NCBI GenBank assembly: GCA_964363635.1
Contig: CAYIIU010000001.1
Location: 5,112-69,111, forward strand
Origin: an uncultured archaeon
GTDB taxonomy: Archaea; Iainarchaeota; Iainarchaeia; Iainarchaeales; VGJJ01
Direction: 5' to 3'
Length of the DNA: 64,000 nt
Made by a program: the position numbers and the translations under genes. Below are positions 17,999 to 27,438 of the stretch, one piece after another (the first letter of the stretch is position 1; each line of letters opens with the position of its first letter). Under the pieces are notes generated by a model. That model ran no database searches. It was not told where the DNA came from and saw only the letters and a program-made list of their open reading frames with translations.

Positions 17999-18499
17999 AT
18001 GCCCCGCCCGCTCAAACGATTTATTCAAAAGTGGATTATTTCCCACCGCGCACGAAGACCGGTTTCGGTTCAAGACGCACAACTGAAACTTCACGCACCC
18101 ATCCATTCAGAATACCAACGCGTACGCGGACAGTTGAACAATCCGCAATCAGACCAAGCGGTGAATAGAATGTTCGGACGAATACGAAACACCAATCACT
18201 GGTTCGCCCTCACGCGTGCGTTCCGCGCTGCAGGAATATTCGGGAACGAAACACGAAATGACCTGTTAAACGTCCGCACGTGGAGTGAAGTGGAACAAAA
18301 AATAGGACAAAAACGCGCCGAAATGATGCAGCGGACGTATCAACAAGCACTGGATGCCGCACACGAAGCGGAAAAAAACATTTTTGTCGAAGGAGAATCA
18401 CGCGCGCGGCAACGAATGGCAGAACCGGCACAACGGCCGGTGCACGGCAGCGTCATCCAAGGAAATTTTGGTCAAAAATCAAAGAAGCGGGCCGCTTAA
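17999..18499 (+). CDS. hypothetical Arg-rich protein
   Basis: Starts MPRPLKRF directly after the upstream stop; no motif recognised. Confidence 0.65.
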   Translation: MPRPLKRFIQKWIISHRARRPVSVQDAQLKLHAPIHSEYQRVRGQLNNPQSDQAVNRMFGRIRNTNHWFALTRAFRAAGIFGNETRNDLLNVRTWSEVEQKIGQKRAEMMQRTYQQALDAAHEAEKNIFVEGESRARQRMAEPAQRPVHGSVIQGNFGQKSKKRAA

Positions 18500-18539
18500 T
18501 CAACCAACCATTAAAAGCCCTTAACACGTTCTTTGACGC

Positions 18540-19376
18540 ATGGACAAACACCTCATCGCCCAGCTGGCGGGATATTTTCTCATCGTCAATTTGCTTGGAC
18601 TGTTTGTGGGGCACTATTTGATACAGCAGGACGTTCAACCCATTATCATCAACAATGACCCGAATGACATCGTGAACTCGTTCGGGTTGTTAGGATACAT
18701 GCTCGTGGGAACGATTATCATCCTCGCGGCCATCAAATTCTTCCCCGATAAAGTGTTGTATTGGTTTCTCAAAGGGTTGGAATCCATGGCCCTGCTTTTC
18801 AGCACCGTCATTGTGATGATTGCATTTTTGCCCGAAGAATTTGCCATATTTTTAGCATTCGTAATTATTGTCATTCGAATATTTTTTCCCCAATATTTGA
18901 TTTGGAGAAATATTTCCTCCACACTCGCAACGGTGGGAGTGGGCGCACTCTTGGGGGCGAGCATCGGCGTGTGGCCCGTGATTGTATTTTTGATTTTGCT
19001 CGCCGTGTACGATTATATCGCCGTGTTCCAAACCAAACACATGGTGACGATGGCCAAAGCGGTGGCGAAGAAAAATCTCTCGTTCACGTTCGCACTCCCC
19101 ACGAGCAAGCACCAATTCGAATTGGGAACGGGCGACTTAGTCATGCCCCTCGTTTTCAGCGTAGCCATATTAGGAGAATCATTAGACGCCGGATGGATGT
19201 GGCCCTATGCAGTAGTCCCGTCGTTTGGCGTTCTGGTGGCGTCGTTCGCGGGACTGGCATTTACACTCGATTACGGGAGCAAGAACGTTGGAAAGGCCCT
19301 GCCTGCCCTCCCCTTGCAAGTGGGGCTGATGATCCTCATGTACGGCGCGTTGAGCGTCTCCGGGTTATTCGGATAA
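18540..19376 (+). CDS. presenilin/SPP family intramembrane aspartyl protease
   Basis: Multi-TM protein with YD, LGTGD and PALP motifs. Confidence 0.93.
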   Translation: MDKHLIAQLAGYFLIVNLLGLFVGHYLIQQDVQPIIINNDPNDIVNSFGLLGYMLVGTIIILAAIKFFPDKVLYWFLKGLESMALLFSTVIVMIAFLPEEFAIFLAFVIIVIRIFFPQYLIWRNISSTLATVGVGALLGASIGVWPVIVFLILLAVYDYIAVFQTKHMVTMAKAVAKKNLSFTFALPTSKHQFELGTGDLVMPLVFSVAILGESLDAGWMWPYAVVPSFGVLVASFAGLAFTLDYGSKNVGKALPALPLQVGLMILMYGALSVSGLFG

Positions 19377-19401
19377 AAACTAGAACGCTGTATATGCGTG
19401 C

Positions 19402-19893
19402 ATGACCACCGGTGTGCTGTTTATTTTTTCCCCCGCGCTGTACCCTCGCTCAACGCTGGAAAACAAAATGGTTTTTACGCATGGCGCGGTGCAAGAACTC
19501 AAAATGCGGAACGGTGAAGTAGTGGTGCGGGTTAAAGACGAGAAAGGGGAATGGGAAGGATTCATCGAGGAGAAAAATGCCCCCGCGATGAGCGAAGGAC
19601 TCATGGTGCGTGCGTACGGAATCATTTCCGCGCAGCCCGATGGACGGAATGTGCTGGCGTGCAAGTGGATTAAGATGATTCACGACGAAGAACAACAATT
19701 TTGCACACGAAAGACAAATGAAACGTGGGAAAAATTAACAAACGAACATGCTGAACTCGCCGAATTGAAACCATTCGTTCTCCCGCAGCCCAAACTGGTG
19801 AAAACCGAGCACACGATTGCCAAACCGATTGAAAATGCATCCGCGGAGTTCATTTCCGCGGCCGAAATCAAAGTAGAAAGGGAATATTTGTAG
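19402..19893 (+). CDS. single OB-fold protein (RPA small subunit-like)
   Basis: G.V......VRVKDEKG...EGLMVRAYG...LACKWIK pattern. Confidence 0.6.
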   Translation: MTTGVLFIFSPALYPRSTLENKMVFTHGAVQELKMRNGEVVVRVKDEKGEWEGFIEEKNAPAMSEGLMVRAYGIISAQPDGRNVLACKWIKMIHDEEQQFCTRKTNETWEKLTNEHAELAELKPFVLPQPKLVKTEHTIAKPIENASAEFISAAEIKVEREYL

Positions 19894-20075
19894 GCCTCCC
19901 GAGGGGTTGCAAAACCCCTCTCCGTCCACCGGCACGACCGCAGCCTTTTGAAATGGCCTTTTCAAAAAAGGCCGGCGAAAACTTTTGCTCGAGCTTTTTG
20001 AAAAAGCTCGAAAGGCTGGCGAAAACCCGACGCGCGGGGGCGGAACCCCGCATCGGAAGCGGTCCGAAACTGGCC
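19893..20075 (+). ncRNA. candidate structured RNA containing nested tailed hairpin repeats
   Basis: GGCC/GGCC ends, GAGGGGTT-GCAA-AACCCCTC hairpin, GACCGC/GCGGTC helix, CCGA..GCGGGG/CCCCGC..TCGG hairpin. Confidence 0.4.
19941..20025. repeat. nested tailed hairpin repeats (copies 4-6)
   Basis: Outer CAGCCTTT...AAAGGCTG-GCGAAAA encloses TGGCCTTTT-CAA-AAAAGGCCG-GCGAAAA (19954-19981) and TTTTGCT-CGAGCTTTTT-G-AAAAAGCTCG (19983-20010). Confidence 0.8.
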
Positions 20076-20105
20076 TTTTATAAGGGTTTTTCCGTGTTTT
20101 CATGT

Positions 20106-20519
20106 ATGGAACTGTCCTATGAGCAGATGCTCGACCGCCTCTACACGCAAATTCCGCAAAAATCGTTAGACAAGGAACGATTTATCTTCCCGCGTGTGGA
20201 GAGCTTCATTCAAGGACCAAAAACGTATGTGAAGAACTTTGTCCAATTGATTAAAGTCATGCGGCGCGAAGACCCCAAAGACTTGCTCAAATTTTTGACC
20301 AAAGAAAGTGCGGCACCCGCCAAACCGGAAGGCGACCGTCTTGTTATCGTGGGAAAATTCTCCGAAAAACAAATCAACGACTGGTTCACGCGTTTTTTGG
20401 AAGAATTTGTCATCTGCAAAGAATGCGGAAAACCGGACACGCATTACATTGAACACAACGGCGTCCGTCAGTTAAAGTGTGAAGCGTGCGGAGCCATCTC
20501 TCCGCTGCGGAGAGGATAA
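20106..20519 (+). CDS. eif2b: translation initiation factor aIF-2 beta
   Basis: YEQMLDRLY, KFLTKES, CKECGKPDT, CEACGA; TATA-like TTTTATAA upstream. Confidence 0.95.
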   Translation: MELSYEQMLDRLYTQIPQKSLDKERFIFPRVESFIQGPKTYVKNFVQLIKVMRREDPKDLLKFLTKESAAPAKPEGDRLVIVGKFSEKQINDWFTRFLEEFVICKECGKPDTHYIEHNGVRQLKCEACGAISPLRRG

Positions 20520-20522
20520 CCC

Positions 20523-20825
20523 TTGGACAAAAAAATTGCGATGCGCATGCATGCGAATGAAACAGGAAGCGTTCTCGCAGCCGCGGACGCGGAATTGATT
20601 GGAAAAACGCTCAACGAGGGAAAAATCTCCTTGAACGTGAGCAAGACATTCTATCACGAGAAAATAGTGGATGAAAACGAATTCGCCGAACACTTAAACG
20701 AAGCGGAAAACGTCAATTTGATTGGAGAAGAAACATTCAAAGTTGCCGTGAAACAAGGACTTTTGACGCAGAATGGAGTAAAGCGGATTGCTGGAGTGCC
20801 GCACGCGCAAATCTATAAAATCTAA
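20523..20825 (+). CDS. DUF424 family protein
   Basis: LAAADAELIGK, FY, NLIGE, IAGVPHAQ. Confidence 0.85.
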   Translation: MDKKIAMRMHANETGSVLAAADAELIGKTLNEGKISLNVSKTFYHEKIVDENEFAEHLNEAENVNLIGEETFKVAVKQGLLTQNGVKRIAGVPHAQIYKI

Positions 20826-20854
20826 TTGTTACACGCAGGGAATGGGAAACACAC

Positions 20855-21172
20855 ATGGTTGAAACAACGAATACTGAGGGAGAAACCCAATACAAACTCA
20901 GACTGCCGTATCGGGATCACGGAGAATTGTTTGCGGTTGTAGTGAAACTCCACGGAACCGACCAAATTCTCGCCGCGTGCGAAGACGGAGTTGAGAGACA
21001 TTGCCGCATTCCGGGAAAACTGAAAAAGAAAGTGTGGATGCGTGAAGGAGATGTGATTATTGTACGCTTATGGGATTTTCAACCCATCAAAGGCGATGTC
21101 GTGTGGCGCTACTTGCCCATGCAAACCGAAAAACTGCGACGAATGGGACTGTTGACGAAATTACCTATTTAA
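20855..21172 (+). CDS. eif1a: translation initiation factor aIF-1A
   Basis: CEDGVERHCRIPGKLKKKVWMREGD...KGDVVWRY. Confidence 0.96.
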   Translation: MVETTNTEGETQYKLRLPYRDHGELFAVVVKLHGTDQILAACEDGVERHCRIPGKLKKKVWMREGDVIIVRLWDFQPIKGDVVWRYLPMQTEKLRRMGLLTKLPI

Positions 21173-21197
21173 AGTTCTGCGGCGAAATAGCATACGA

Positions 21198-21419
21198 ATG
21201 GTTAAAAATATGAAAAAACAAGTAAAGAGCATGAACGATGCCGATTCTATTCAAGTACTACAGCAGAGAATGGATCATTTAGAAATGAGAATGAAAGCGC
21301 TTTCGGTAAAAGAAGTTAAACCAACAAAGCAAGATTTACACGACATTCGCCAAGCCCGCAAAGATATTGCTGCTGGAAAAGTAATTCCTTGGTCTAAAGT
21401 GAAAGAACGCCACGGGTGA
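21198..21419 (+). CDS. antitoxin
   Basis: Small ORF upstream of RelE; ARKDIAAGKVIPWSKVK antitoxin-type tail. Confidence 0.75.
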   Translation: MVKNMKKQVKSMNDADSIQVLQQRMDHLEMRMKALSVKEVKPTKQDLHDIRQARKDIAAGKVIPWSKVKERHG

Positions 21420-21425
21420 CCAAAA

Positions 21426-21698
21426 ATGGACACTTTTTATGTCGAACTCACCCATCGGGCTGAAAAAGAATACTCTAAACTGGAACCCAAACTAAAAGAA
21501 AGAGTACGGAAAGCCATTAACGCGCTCGCTCAAAATCATGCACCAAAAGAGGAATTTGATGTGGAAAAACTTAGTGGAACCGACTCTGAATATCGCATTC
21601 GAATTCAAACCCACCGCATCAAATATACTGTTTATCACGATGCTAAAAAGATTACTATTTTCAGAATTGAGCGCAAAAAGGATAGAACCTATAAATAA
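21426..21698 (+). CDS. RelE/ParE family toxin
   Basis: VELTHRAEKEYSKL...KLSG...YRIRIQTHRIKY. Confidence 0.9.
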   Translation: MDTFYVELTHRAEKEYSKLEPKLKERVRKAINALAQNHAPKEEFDVEKLSGTDSEYRIRIQTHRIKYTVYHDAKKITIFRIERKKDRTYK

Positions 21699-21718
21699 TC
21701 GCCCCCCTCAACTTATTC

Positions 21719-22483
21719 ATGTCCATGCCCGACGAGTACAATCTGACCAAACTCTTTCCAGAGGAAGACTTGCGAAAGACGTTTGCCAAAGTGTTCGACA
21801 AGAATGTGATTCGAATCATCCACACATTCGCATCACAGGGGCAGATTGACCATTTGGAATTCACCATTTCAACGGGAAAAGAAGCCCATGTGTTCCGCGC
21901 GGCGGACAATTCAGGACACTATCGCGCAGTGAAGATATACAAGATTGAAACAAGCGACTTCAAACGAATGGAAGATTATTTGGATTTTGAACCGCGATTC
22001 AAAAAAGCCAAGCACGATAAACGGAATATTGTGTTTGCGTGGACCCAAAAAGAATTTTCCTCATTACAACGATTTCAAAAATTCGGCGTTCCCGTTCCCA
22101 CGCCGCTGGCAGCGAAAGAAAATGTTTTAGTCATGGAATTCATCGGACAAAAAAACGGACACGCCGCACCGCGTCTGAAGGATGCGCACGTGAAGGATTT
22201 GAAAAAGTTTTATGATGCGGTGTGCTTGGCAATCGCCAACATGCTCCACGCCAAACTCATTCATGGGGATTTGTCCGAGTATAATATTTTAGTCAAGGAT
22301 GATTTGCCGGTGATTATTGACTGCGGACAATCCATCCCCACCATCCACCCCAACGCCAAACACTATTACGAACGTGACATCACGAACATGCTCAAAGTAT
22401 TCCACCGGATTGGAATGAAGGATTTGACGTATGAACAGTTTTACGAAGATGTCAAAAAAATAAAAAATGAAGGCGAATTTTAA
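21719..22483 (+). CDS. rio1: RIO1 serine kinase
   Basis: ISTGKEA, AVKIY, IHGDLSEYN, IIDCGQ. Confidence 0.95.
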   Translation: MSMPDEYNLTKLFPEEDLRKTFAKVFDKNVIRIIHTFASQGQIDHLEFTISTGKEAHVFRAADNSGHYRAVKIYKIETSDFKRMEDYLDFEPRFKKAKHDKRNIVFAWTQKEFSSLQRFQKFGVPVPTPLAAKENVLVMEFIGQKNGHAAPRLKDAHVKDLKKFYDAVCLAIANMLHAKLIHGDLSEYNILVKDDLPVIIDCGQSIPTIHPNAKHYYERDITNMLKVFHRIGMKDLTYEQFYEDVKKIKNEGEF

Positions 22484-22490
22484 AATAAAA

Positions 22491-22850
22491 TCACACGAAA
22501 ACAGTGTCGCGGGACCCATCTGGGCGGGTGTTGGCAGGGTTTTCAACAGCTAACAATATCAAATCTTTTGGGCCCGCTTTAAATCCATGAACTTCCTTGG
22601 GAGGATAATAGAGAATATCCCCCTGTTTGATGGGGTGTTCTTTTCCATTCAAGAAAACAACTCCATCTCCTTCGAGAACGTAAACAAACGAATGAGAGTA
22701 ATGGTGATAGTGGCGTGCCACTTCTGAATGCGAGGAAATCACGACGCGAATGACACCGGGACCATCAAAAGGAATGTTTTGAATAGCAGCACCGCTCTCG
22801 GAAGAATTAGGTTTAGGCCACGAATGAGAGGGGTGAATCCACGCGTCCAT
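22491..22850 (-). CDS. cupin domain protein
   Basis: HYH....FVYVLEG and GD....PP...H cupin motifs. Confidence 0.85.
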   Translation of the reverse strand: MDAWIHPSHSWPKPNSSESGAAIQNIPFDGPGVIRVVISSHSEVARHYHHYSHSFVYVLEGDGVVFLNGKEHPIKQGDILYYPPKEVHGFKAGPKDLILLAVENPANTRPDGSRDTVFV

Positions 22851-22929
22851 ATAGGCAAAAAAGCCAGAATCCTCTTAAACCCTCTTTACTAACCTCCTAG
22901 TATGCACCTTTGAAAGGTGGATCCCCTCC

Positions 22930-23463
22930 ATGACTGTTGAAGAATTCGCCATCCCCAAAGACCGAGTGGCCGTGGTAATAGGTCCAAACGGGGGAACCCG
23001 TAAAACGATTGAAAAAGAAACCCAGACACGAGTGAAAATCGACAGCAAGAACGGAGACGTTGAGATTGAGGCAGAGGATGCCGTTCAAGTTTTGAAATCC
23101 GCCAACATTGTTCGCGCCATTGGTAGAGGATTTTCCCCCGAACACGCGATGAGACTCGCGGACGATGAATACTATTTGGAAATAATCAACCTTACCGAAT
23201 TTTTGGGAAAACACCACAAGGCGATTCAGTCCAAAAAAGGGAGAATCATTGGAAAAGAAGGCGCCATTCGTTCCCAAATTGAAAAAGACACGCAGACATT
23301 CATTTCAGTATATGGAAAAACAGTCGCCATCATTGGGAAAGCCGATAATGTAGCTAAAGCGATGGAAGCCATCACGATGCTCGTGAAAGGCGCCGAGCAC
23401 GCCACTGTATTAAATTACTTACGCCAATCACTCTCAACAAGCGAAGAGTTTGAATTCAGGTAA
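22930..23463 (+). CDS. KH-domain rRNA processing protein (Dim2/Pno1)
   Basis: VIGPNG, AIGRGFSPE, GRIIGKEG; sits between rio1 and top6B. Confidence 0.93.
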   Translation: MTVEEFAIPKDRVAVVIGPNGGTRKTIEKETQTRVKIDSKNGDVEIEAEDAVQVLKSANIVRAIGRGFSPEHAMRLADDEYYLEIINLTEFLGKHHKAIQSKKGRIIGKEGAIRSQIEKDTQTFISVYGKTVAIIGKADNVAKAMEAITMLVKGAEHATVLNYLRQSLSTSEEFEFR

Positions 23464-23467
23464 AAAT

Positions 23468-25189
23468 ATGGCCGCACACGCTCAACAATCGGAAAAACCC
23501 GCTAAAACGGAAGCTGTCACGGCGCAAGACTTGGAAAAAGAGTTCCGCGAACACTCGGTGGCGGAATTCTTCAAGAAAAACAAGCAAATGCTTGGGTTGA
23601 GCGGAAAAACAAAAGCACTCACTACCATCATTCATGAATATGTGACGAATTCCTTGGATGCGTGTGAAAACGCCAACATTCTCCCCGACATTGAAGTACA
23701 AATCAAAGAATTGGGAGACGAATACTACGAAGTCACCAGCACGGACAATGGCCCCGGCCTCACACGTGAAACGGTTGGAAAAGCATTTGGACAATTGCTC
23801 GCGGGAACAAAGTTTCACCGCTTGATGCAAATGCGCGGACAACAAGGAATCGGCGCCGCGGGATGTACGATGCTTTCGCAGATGACCACTGGAAAAGAAG
23901 TAAAAGTCATCACGGGAAACGCCAAAGAAGTATTTTCGTGCGACGTGAGCATTGATACCAAATACAACCACCCAAAAGTATCGAACATTGTTGTTCTCAC
24001 CAAAAAATTCCGAGGAACGGCCGTAAAGGCACACTTCAAAGAAATGAAGTACGTGAACAACGAACAAGGACCGTATGAATATTTGCGACGCACGGCCATC
24101 GCCAATCCTCATGCAAAGATTACATTCACCGATCCCGCCGGCACTACAACAGTGTTCGAACGCACGGCGAAAGTCATTCCGGACAAACCTGAAGAAGTCC
24201 AGCCGCACCCGAAAGGAGTCACCGTTGACGAGCTCTTGAACATGGCCAAAGCCACCCCTTCCCGCAAAACAAATTCGTTTTTGAAAACAGAACTCGACCG
24301 AATGGGAGAAACGGCTATCAAGGAACTGGCGGAAAAGGTTTCATTCGATTTGGACAAGGACCCGCATCAACTCACATGGCAGGAAATTGAAGAAATAATC
24401 AAGGGGTTCAAAACGATTACATTCATCGCCCCGCGAACCGATTGTTTACGCCCGATTGGGGAAGAACAAATAATCAAGTCGTTGAAATCAATTGTGGAAC
24501 CCGAATTTTTATCCGTGGTCACACGCAAACCGCAAGTTTCGCAAGGAGGATACCCATTCCAAGTGGAAGTGAGTGTGGGATACGGAGGAAAAGCCGGACG
24601 AAGAGTAGGAGAAGAGATGCGCATGGAAATTATGCGCTTCGCCAACCGCGCACCCTTGTTGTTTGACACGGGCGGATGCGGCATTACGGAAGCGGTGAAA
24701 ACGGTTGACTGGAAACGCTACGGAATCAAAGACGCGGAAACAGCGCCTGTTACGGTTTTTGTGAATCTGATTTCCGTCCACATCCCCTACACGGGAGCCG
24801 GAAAGCAAGCGATTGCCAACGACGAAGAAATCGTCGAAGAAATCCGACTCTCTTTGATGGACGCCGGACGAAAAACCGCGCGGTACATCATCGGAAAAGA
24901 ACGCGAACGTTTGAAGATGGAAAAGAAACGAATCTATTCCAAATACGCCATTGAAGTGGCCATTGCGTTGGGAGAACTCGTGGAGAAGGATCCCAAGCCC
25001 ATCGAGCACAAACTGCTTGACATTGTTGCCAAACGCTTGAAGATTGATGAAGCGCAAGAAAAAGAATTGGAAGCTGAATCGGATGCGGAATTGGAAAAAG
25101 AAATTGCGCGATTAGGCAAATTAGACAAGGAATCCAAGGGCGGAAAGGCCAAAAAGAAAGAAGACGATGAAAATGGCGGTGAGGAATAA
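23468..25189 (+). CDS. top6B: DNA topoisomerase VI subunit B
   Basis: SVAEFF, EYVTNSLDA, DNGPG, RGQQGIG, RFANRAPL. Confidence 0.97.
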   Translation: MAAHAQQSEKPAKTEAVTAQDLEKEFREHSVAEFFKKNKQMLGLSGKTKALTTIIHEYVTNSLDACENANILPDIEVQIKELGDEYYEVTSTDNGPGLTRETVGKAFGQLLAGTKFHRLMQMRGQQGIGAAGCTMLSQMTTGKEVKVITGNAKEVFSCDVSIDTKYNHPKVSNIVVLTKKFRGTAVKAHFKEMKYVNNEQGPYEYLRRTAIANPHAKITFTDPAGTTTVFERTAKVIPDKPEEVQPHPKGVTVDELLNMAKATPSRKTNSFLKTELDRMGETAIKELAEKVSFDLDKDPHQLTWQEIEEIIKGFKTITFIAPRTDCLRPIGEEQIIKSLKSIVEPEFLSVVTRKPQVSQGGYPFQVEVSVGYGGKAGRRVGEEMRMEIMRFANRAPLLFDTGGCGITEAVKTVDWKRYGIKDAETAPVTVFVNLISVHIPYTGAGKQAIANDEEIVEEIRLSLMDAGRKTARYIIGKERERLKMEKKRIYSKYAIEVAIALGELVEKDPKPIEHKLLDIVAKRLKIDEAQEKELEAESDAELEKEIARLGKLDKESKGGKAKKKEDDENGGEE

Positions 25190-26292
25190 TGGCTGGACTC
25201 TCAACGAAAGATAAGGAAGTCATCAAGAAACTCGAAGTATTGGGAAACCAGCTCGTTTCGCAGATTAACAAGGGAGATAATCCGTCGATGGAACTGCCAG
25301 TCCGTTCACTTGGAAACATTTTCTTCGACCAAAAGTCACGAACCATCAAATTAGGAGACAAAACATCCGAACGACAATTCCTGAACATTGCCCACACGCG
25401 AAAATTCATGCAAACCACGCTTGTGGCGAATGAAATCAAAAAAGTCATTCAGCAGAATGCCACAGTATCCATTCGTGATCTCTATTACGCACTCAAACAT
25501 ACCATTGAAGGGACGCAGGAGAATACTTTCGAAGACCAGTCCGAAAGTGATCCTCTTGTGGAAGACGTAGAAGCCTCGCTCAATTTGCTCCGCGAAGAAT
25601 TGCATCTTGCAGCATCGGCGAAAGGAATCATCGCCGGAGACATGGTGGTGCAGGATGGAAAGGACATCATTGATTTAGCCAAAATGGGTTCAGGCGGATG
25701 GTCCGTCCCCTCGAATGTGGAAGAGGACCGAATTGAAATAAAGAAAATGAAAGCCGACTATGTGCTTTTCATCGAAAAGGACGCTGTGTGGCGACGCTTC
25801 AATGAAGATAAGTTCTGGGAGAAAAATAATTGTATCATTATTACTGGTCGTGGACAAGCGGCGCGCGGAGAACGACGATTCGTTCAGCGTTTGAGCCGCG
25901 AACATAAATTGCCCGTGTACGCACTCATGGATGCGGACCCGTGGGGAATGTACATTTACTCGGTGATCAAACAAGGATCCATTTCACTTTCGTATTCGGA
26001 AGAAAAACTCGCCACTCCCGATACGAAATACATCGGTTTGACGGTTGGAGATGTGGACAAGTTCAAAATCCCCAAAGAAGTGACGATTAAACTCAACACG
26101 CTTGATTTGAAACGCTTAGATGAACTCAAATCATACGAGTGGTTCAAGCACAAGAAATGGCAGCAAGAGTTCGACTTGATGAAAGAGAAAAACATCAAGA
26201 TGGAATTGGAAGCCCTTTCCAAAAAAGGAATCCGCTTCATCACGGAGGAATACTTGCCACGAAAGATTAAGGACGAAGACTTCCTTCCATGA
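25189..26292 (+). CDS. top6A: DNA topoisomerase VI subunit A
   Basis: SIRDLYY with the catalytic Tyr, IEKD, DADPWG, ELEAL. Confidence 0.97.
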   Translation: MAGLSTKDKEVIKKLEVLGNQLVSQINKGDNPSMELPVRSLGNIFFDQKSRTIKLGDKTSERQFLNIAHTRKFMQTTLVANEIKKVIQQNATVSIRDLYYALKHTIEGTQENTFEDQSESDPLVEDVEASLNLLREELHLAASAKGIIAGDMVVQDGKDIIDLAKMGSGGWSVPSNVEEDRIEIKKMKADYVLFIEKDAVWRRFNEDKFWEKNNCIIITGRGQAARGERRFVQRLSREHKLPVYALMDADPWGMYIYSVIKQGSISLSYSEEKLATPDTKYIGLTVGDVDKFKIPKEVTIKLNTLDLKRLDELKSYEWFKHKKWQQEFDLMKEKNIKMELEALSKKGIRFITEEYLPRKIKDEDFLP

Positions 26293-27402
26293 TTCTTTTC
26301 ATGGCTTTAACCGATTGATTGCCTTCAAATGGCCAAATTCAAGTCAAAAGATACATCAGTCTAACACTTGTTAATTTGGCGACTTAGCACCCCAACCATT
26401 AAGATATTGTCTGTTTTGAGAAATAAGTATGGATAAGCAGGTCATCACACAGCTTACAAAAAAGTTTGAGGAGTATACCCGAGAAGCGGGGGGAATAGAG
26501 TTTTGGTTTGCAAGAGACCTTCAAATCCTTTTAGACTATGATAAATGGGAAAATTTTCTAAATGCAATCGACAAAGCAAAAATGGCTTGTACAAACTCAG
26601 GCTACGACTTAAATGACCATTTTCCCGGCATCAGGAAAATGGTTGATATTGGTTCAGGAGCAAAAAGAGAAATTGATGATATGATGCTGACCCGGTATGC
26701 GTGCTATCTCATTGCGCAGAATGGAGACCCTAGGAAGGAACAAATTGCTTTTGCTCAAAGCTATTTTGCCATCCAGACAAGAAAGCAGGAATTGATTGAA
26801 CAAAGAATAGGACTGCAAGAACGAATGTATGTGAGACAAAAACTCATAACTTCTGAAACAGAACTTTCCAAATTAATCTATGAGAGGGGAGTCGATGATA
26901 ATGGTTTTGCTAGAATCAGAAGCAAAGGAGACCAAGTTCTATTTGGCGGTTATTCGACTGGTCAGATGAAAAGTAAACTAGGAATCCCCCAACATAAACC
27001 ACTAGCCGATTTTCTCCCAACCATTACCATAACAGCCAAAAACCTTGCAACGGAAATTACTAACTTTAATGTTAAAAAAGAGGAATTGCGAGGCGAAAAT
27101 ACTATCACAAAGGAACATATGAGAAACAATTCAGATGTGCGGGATTTATTGAACAAGCGCGGAATAAAGCCCGAAGAACTCCCGCCCGAAGCGGATATTA
27201 AAAAGTTAGAAAGAAAAGTCAAGAAGGATGAACAAAAAATGGCCAACCGTTCAAAACACCAAAAACTAAATTAATCCGGTTAAACCAGCGAAAACCTTTA
27301 GGAAATTTTTGGGAAGACGATGCCCTATCCAAGAAGGAAATCCGCTTCATCGCGGAAAAATACTTGCCACGAAAGATTAAGGACGAAGACTTCCTACCTT
27401 GA
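26212..27402 (+). mobile_element. micro-islet bounded by an 81-bp imperfect direct repeat of the top6A 3' end
   Basis: 26212-26292 versus 27322-27402: 9 mismatches by hand count, 37-bp identical core; encloses the dinD-like gene. Confidence 0.75.
26429..27274 (+). CDS. dinD: DNA damage-inducible protein D family
   Basis: EFWFARDLQ, LTRYACYLIAQNGDPRK, AQSYFAIQTR, RPLADFL-like KPLADFLPT, PEELPPEADIKK. Confidence 0.9.
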   Translation: MDKQVITQLTKKFEEYTREAGGIEFWFARDLQILLDYDKWENFLNAIDKAKMACTNSGYDLNDHFPGIRKMVDIGSGAKREIDDMMLTRYACYLIAQNGDPRKEQIAFAQSYFAIQTRKQELIEQRIGLQERMYVRQKLITSETELSKLIYERGVDDNGFARIRSKGDQVLFGGYSTGQMKSKLGIPQHKPLADFLPTITITAKNLATEITNFNVKKEELRGENTITKEHMRNNSDVRDLLNKRGIKPEELPPEADIKKLERKVKKDEQKMANRSKHQKLN

Positions 27403-27438
27403 CAGCAACTATTTATTCAAGCGAAATTCTAGTTTGAC

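Noticed and set aside
19893..20075. Hammerhead or HDV ribozyme, RNase P, SRP or 5S RNA identity
   Set aside because: CGAAAC is present but there is no CUGANGA. No HDV P1/P3 pseudoknot, RNase P CR-I/CR-V or SRP helix 8 motif could be built by eye.
19953..20105. N-terminal extensions of aIF2 beta and uL16 (36988) in the ORF track
   Set aside because: They translate hairpin repeats; homology begins at downstream ATGs (20106 and 37033).
27277..27312. Degenerate hairpin-repeat remnant (CCAGCGAAAACCTTTAGGAAA) at the islet edge
   Set aside because: The stem is incomplete and too degenerate to count.
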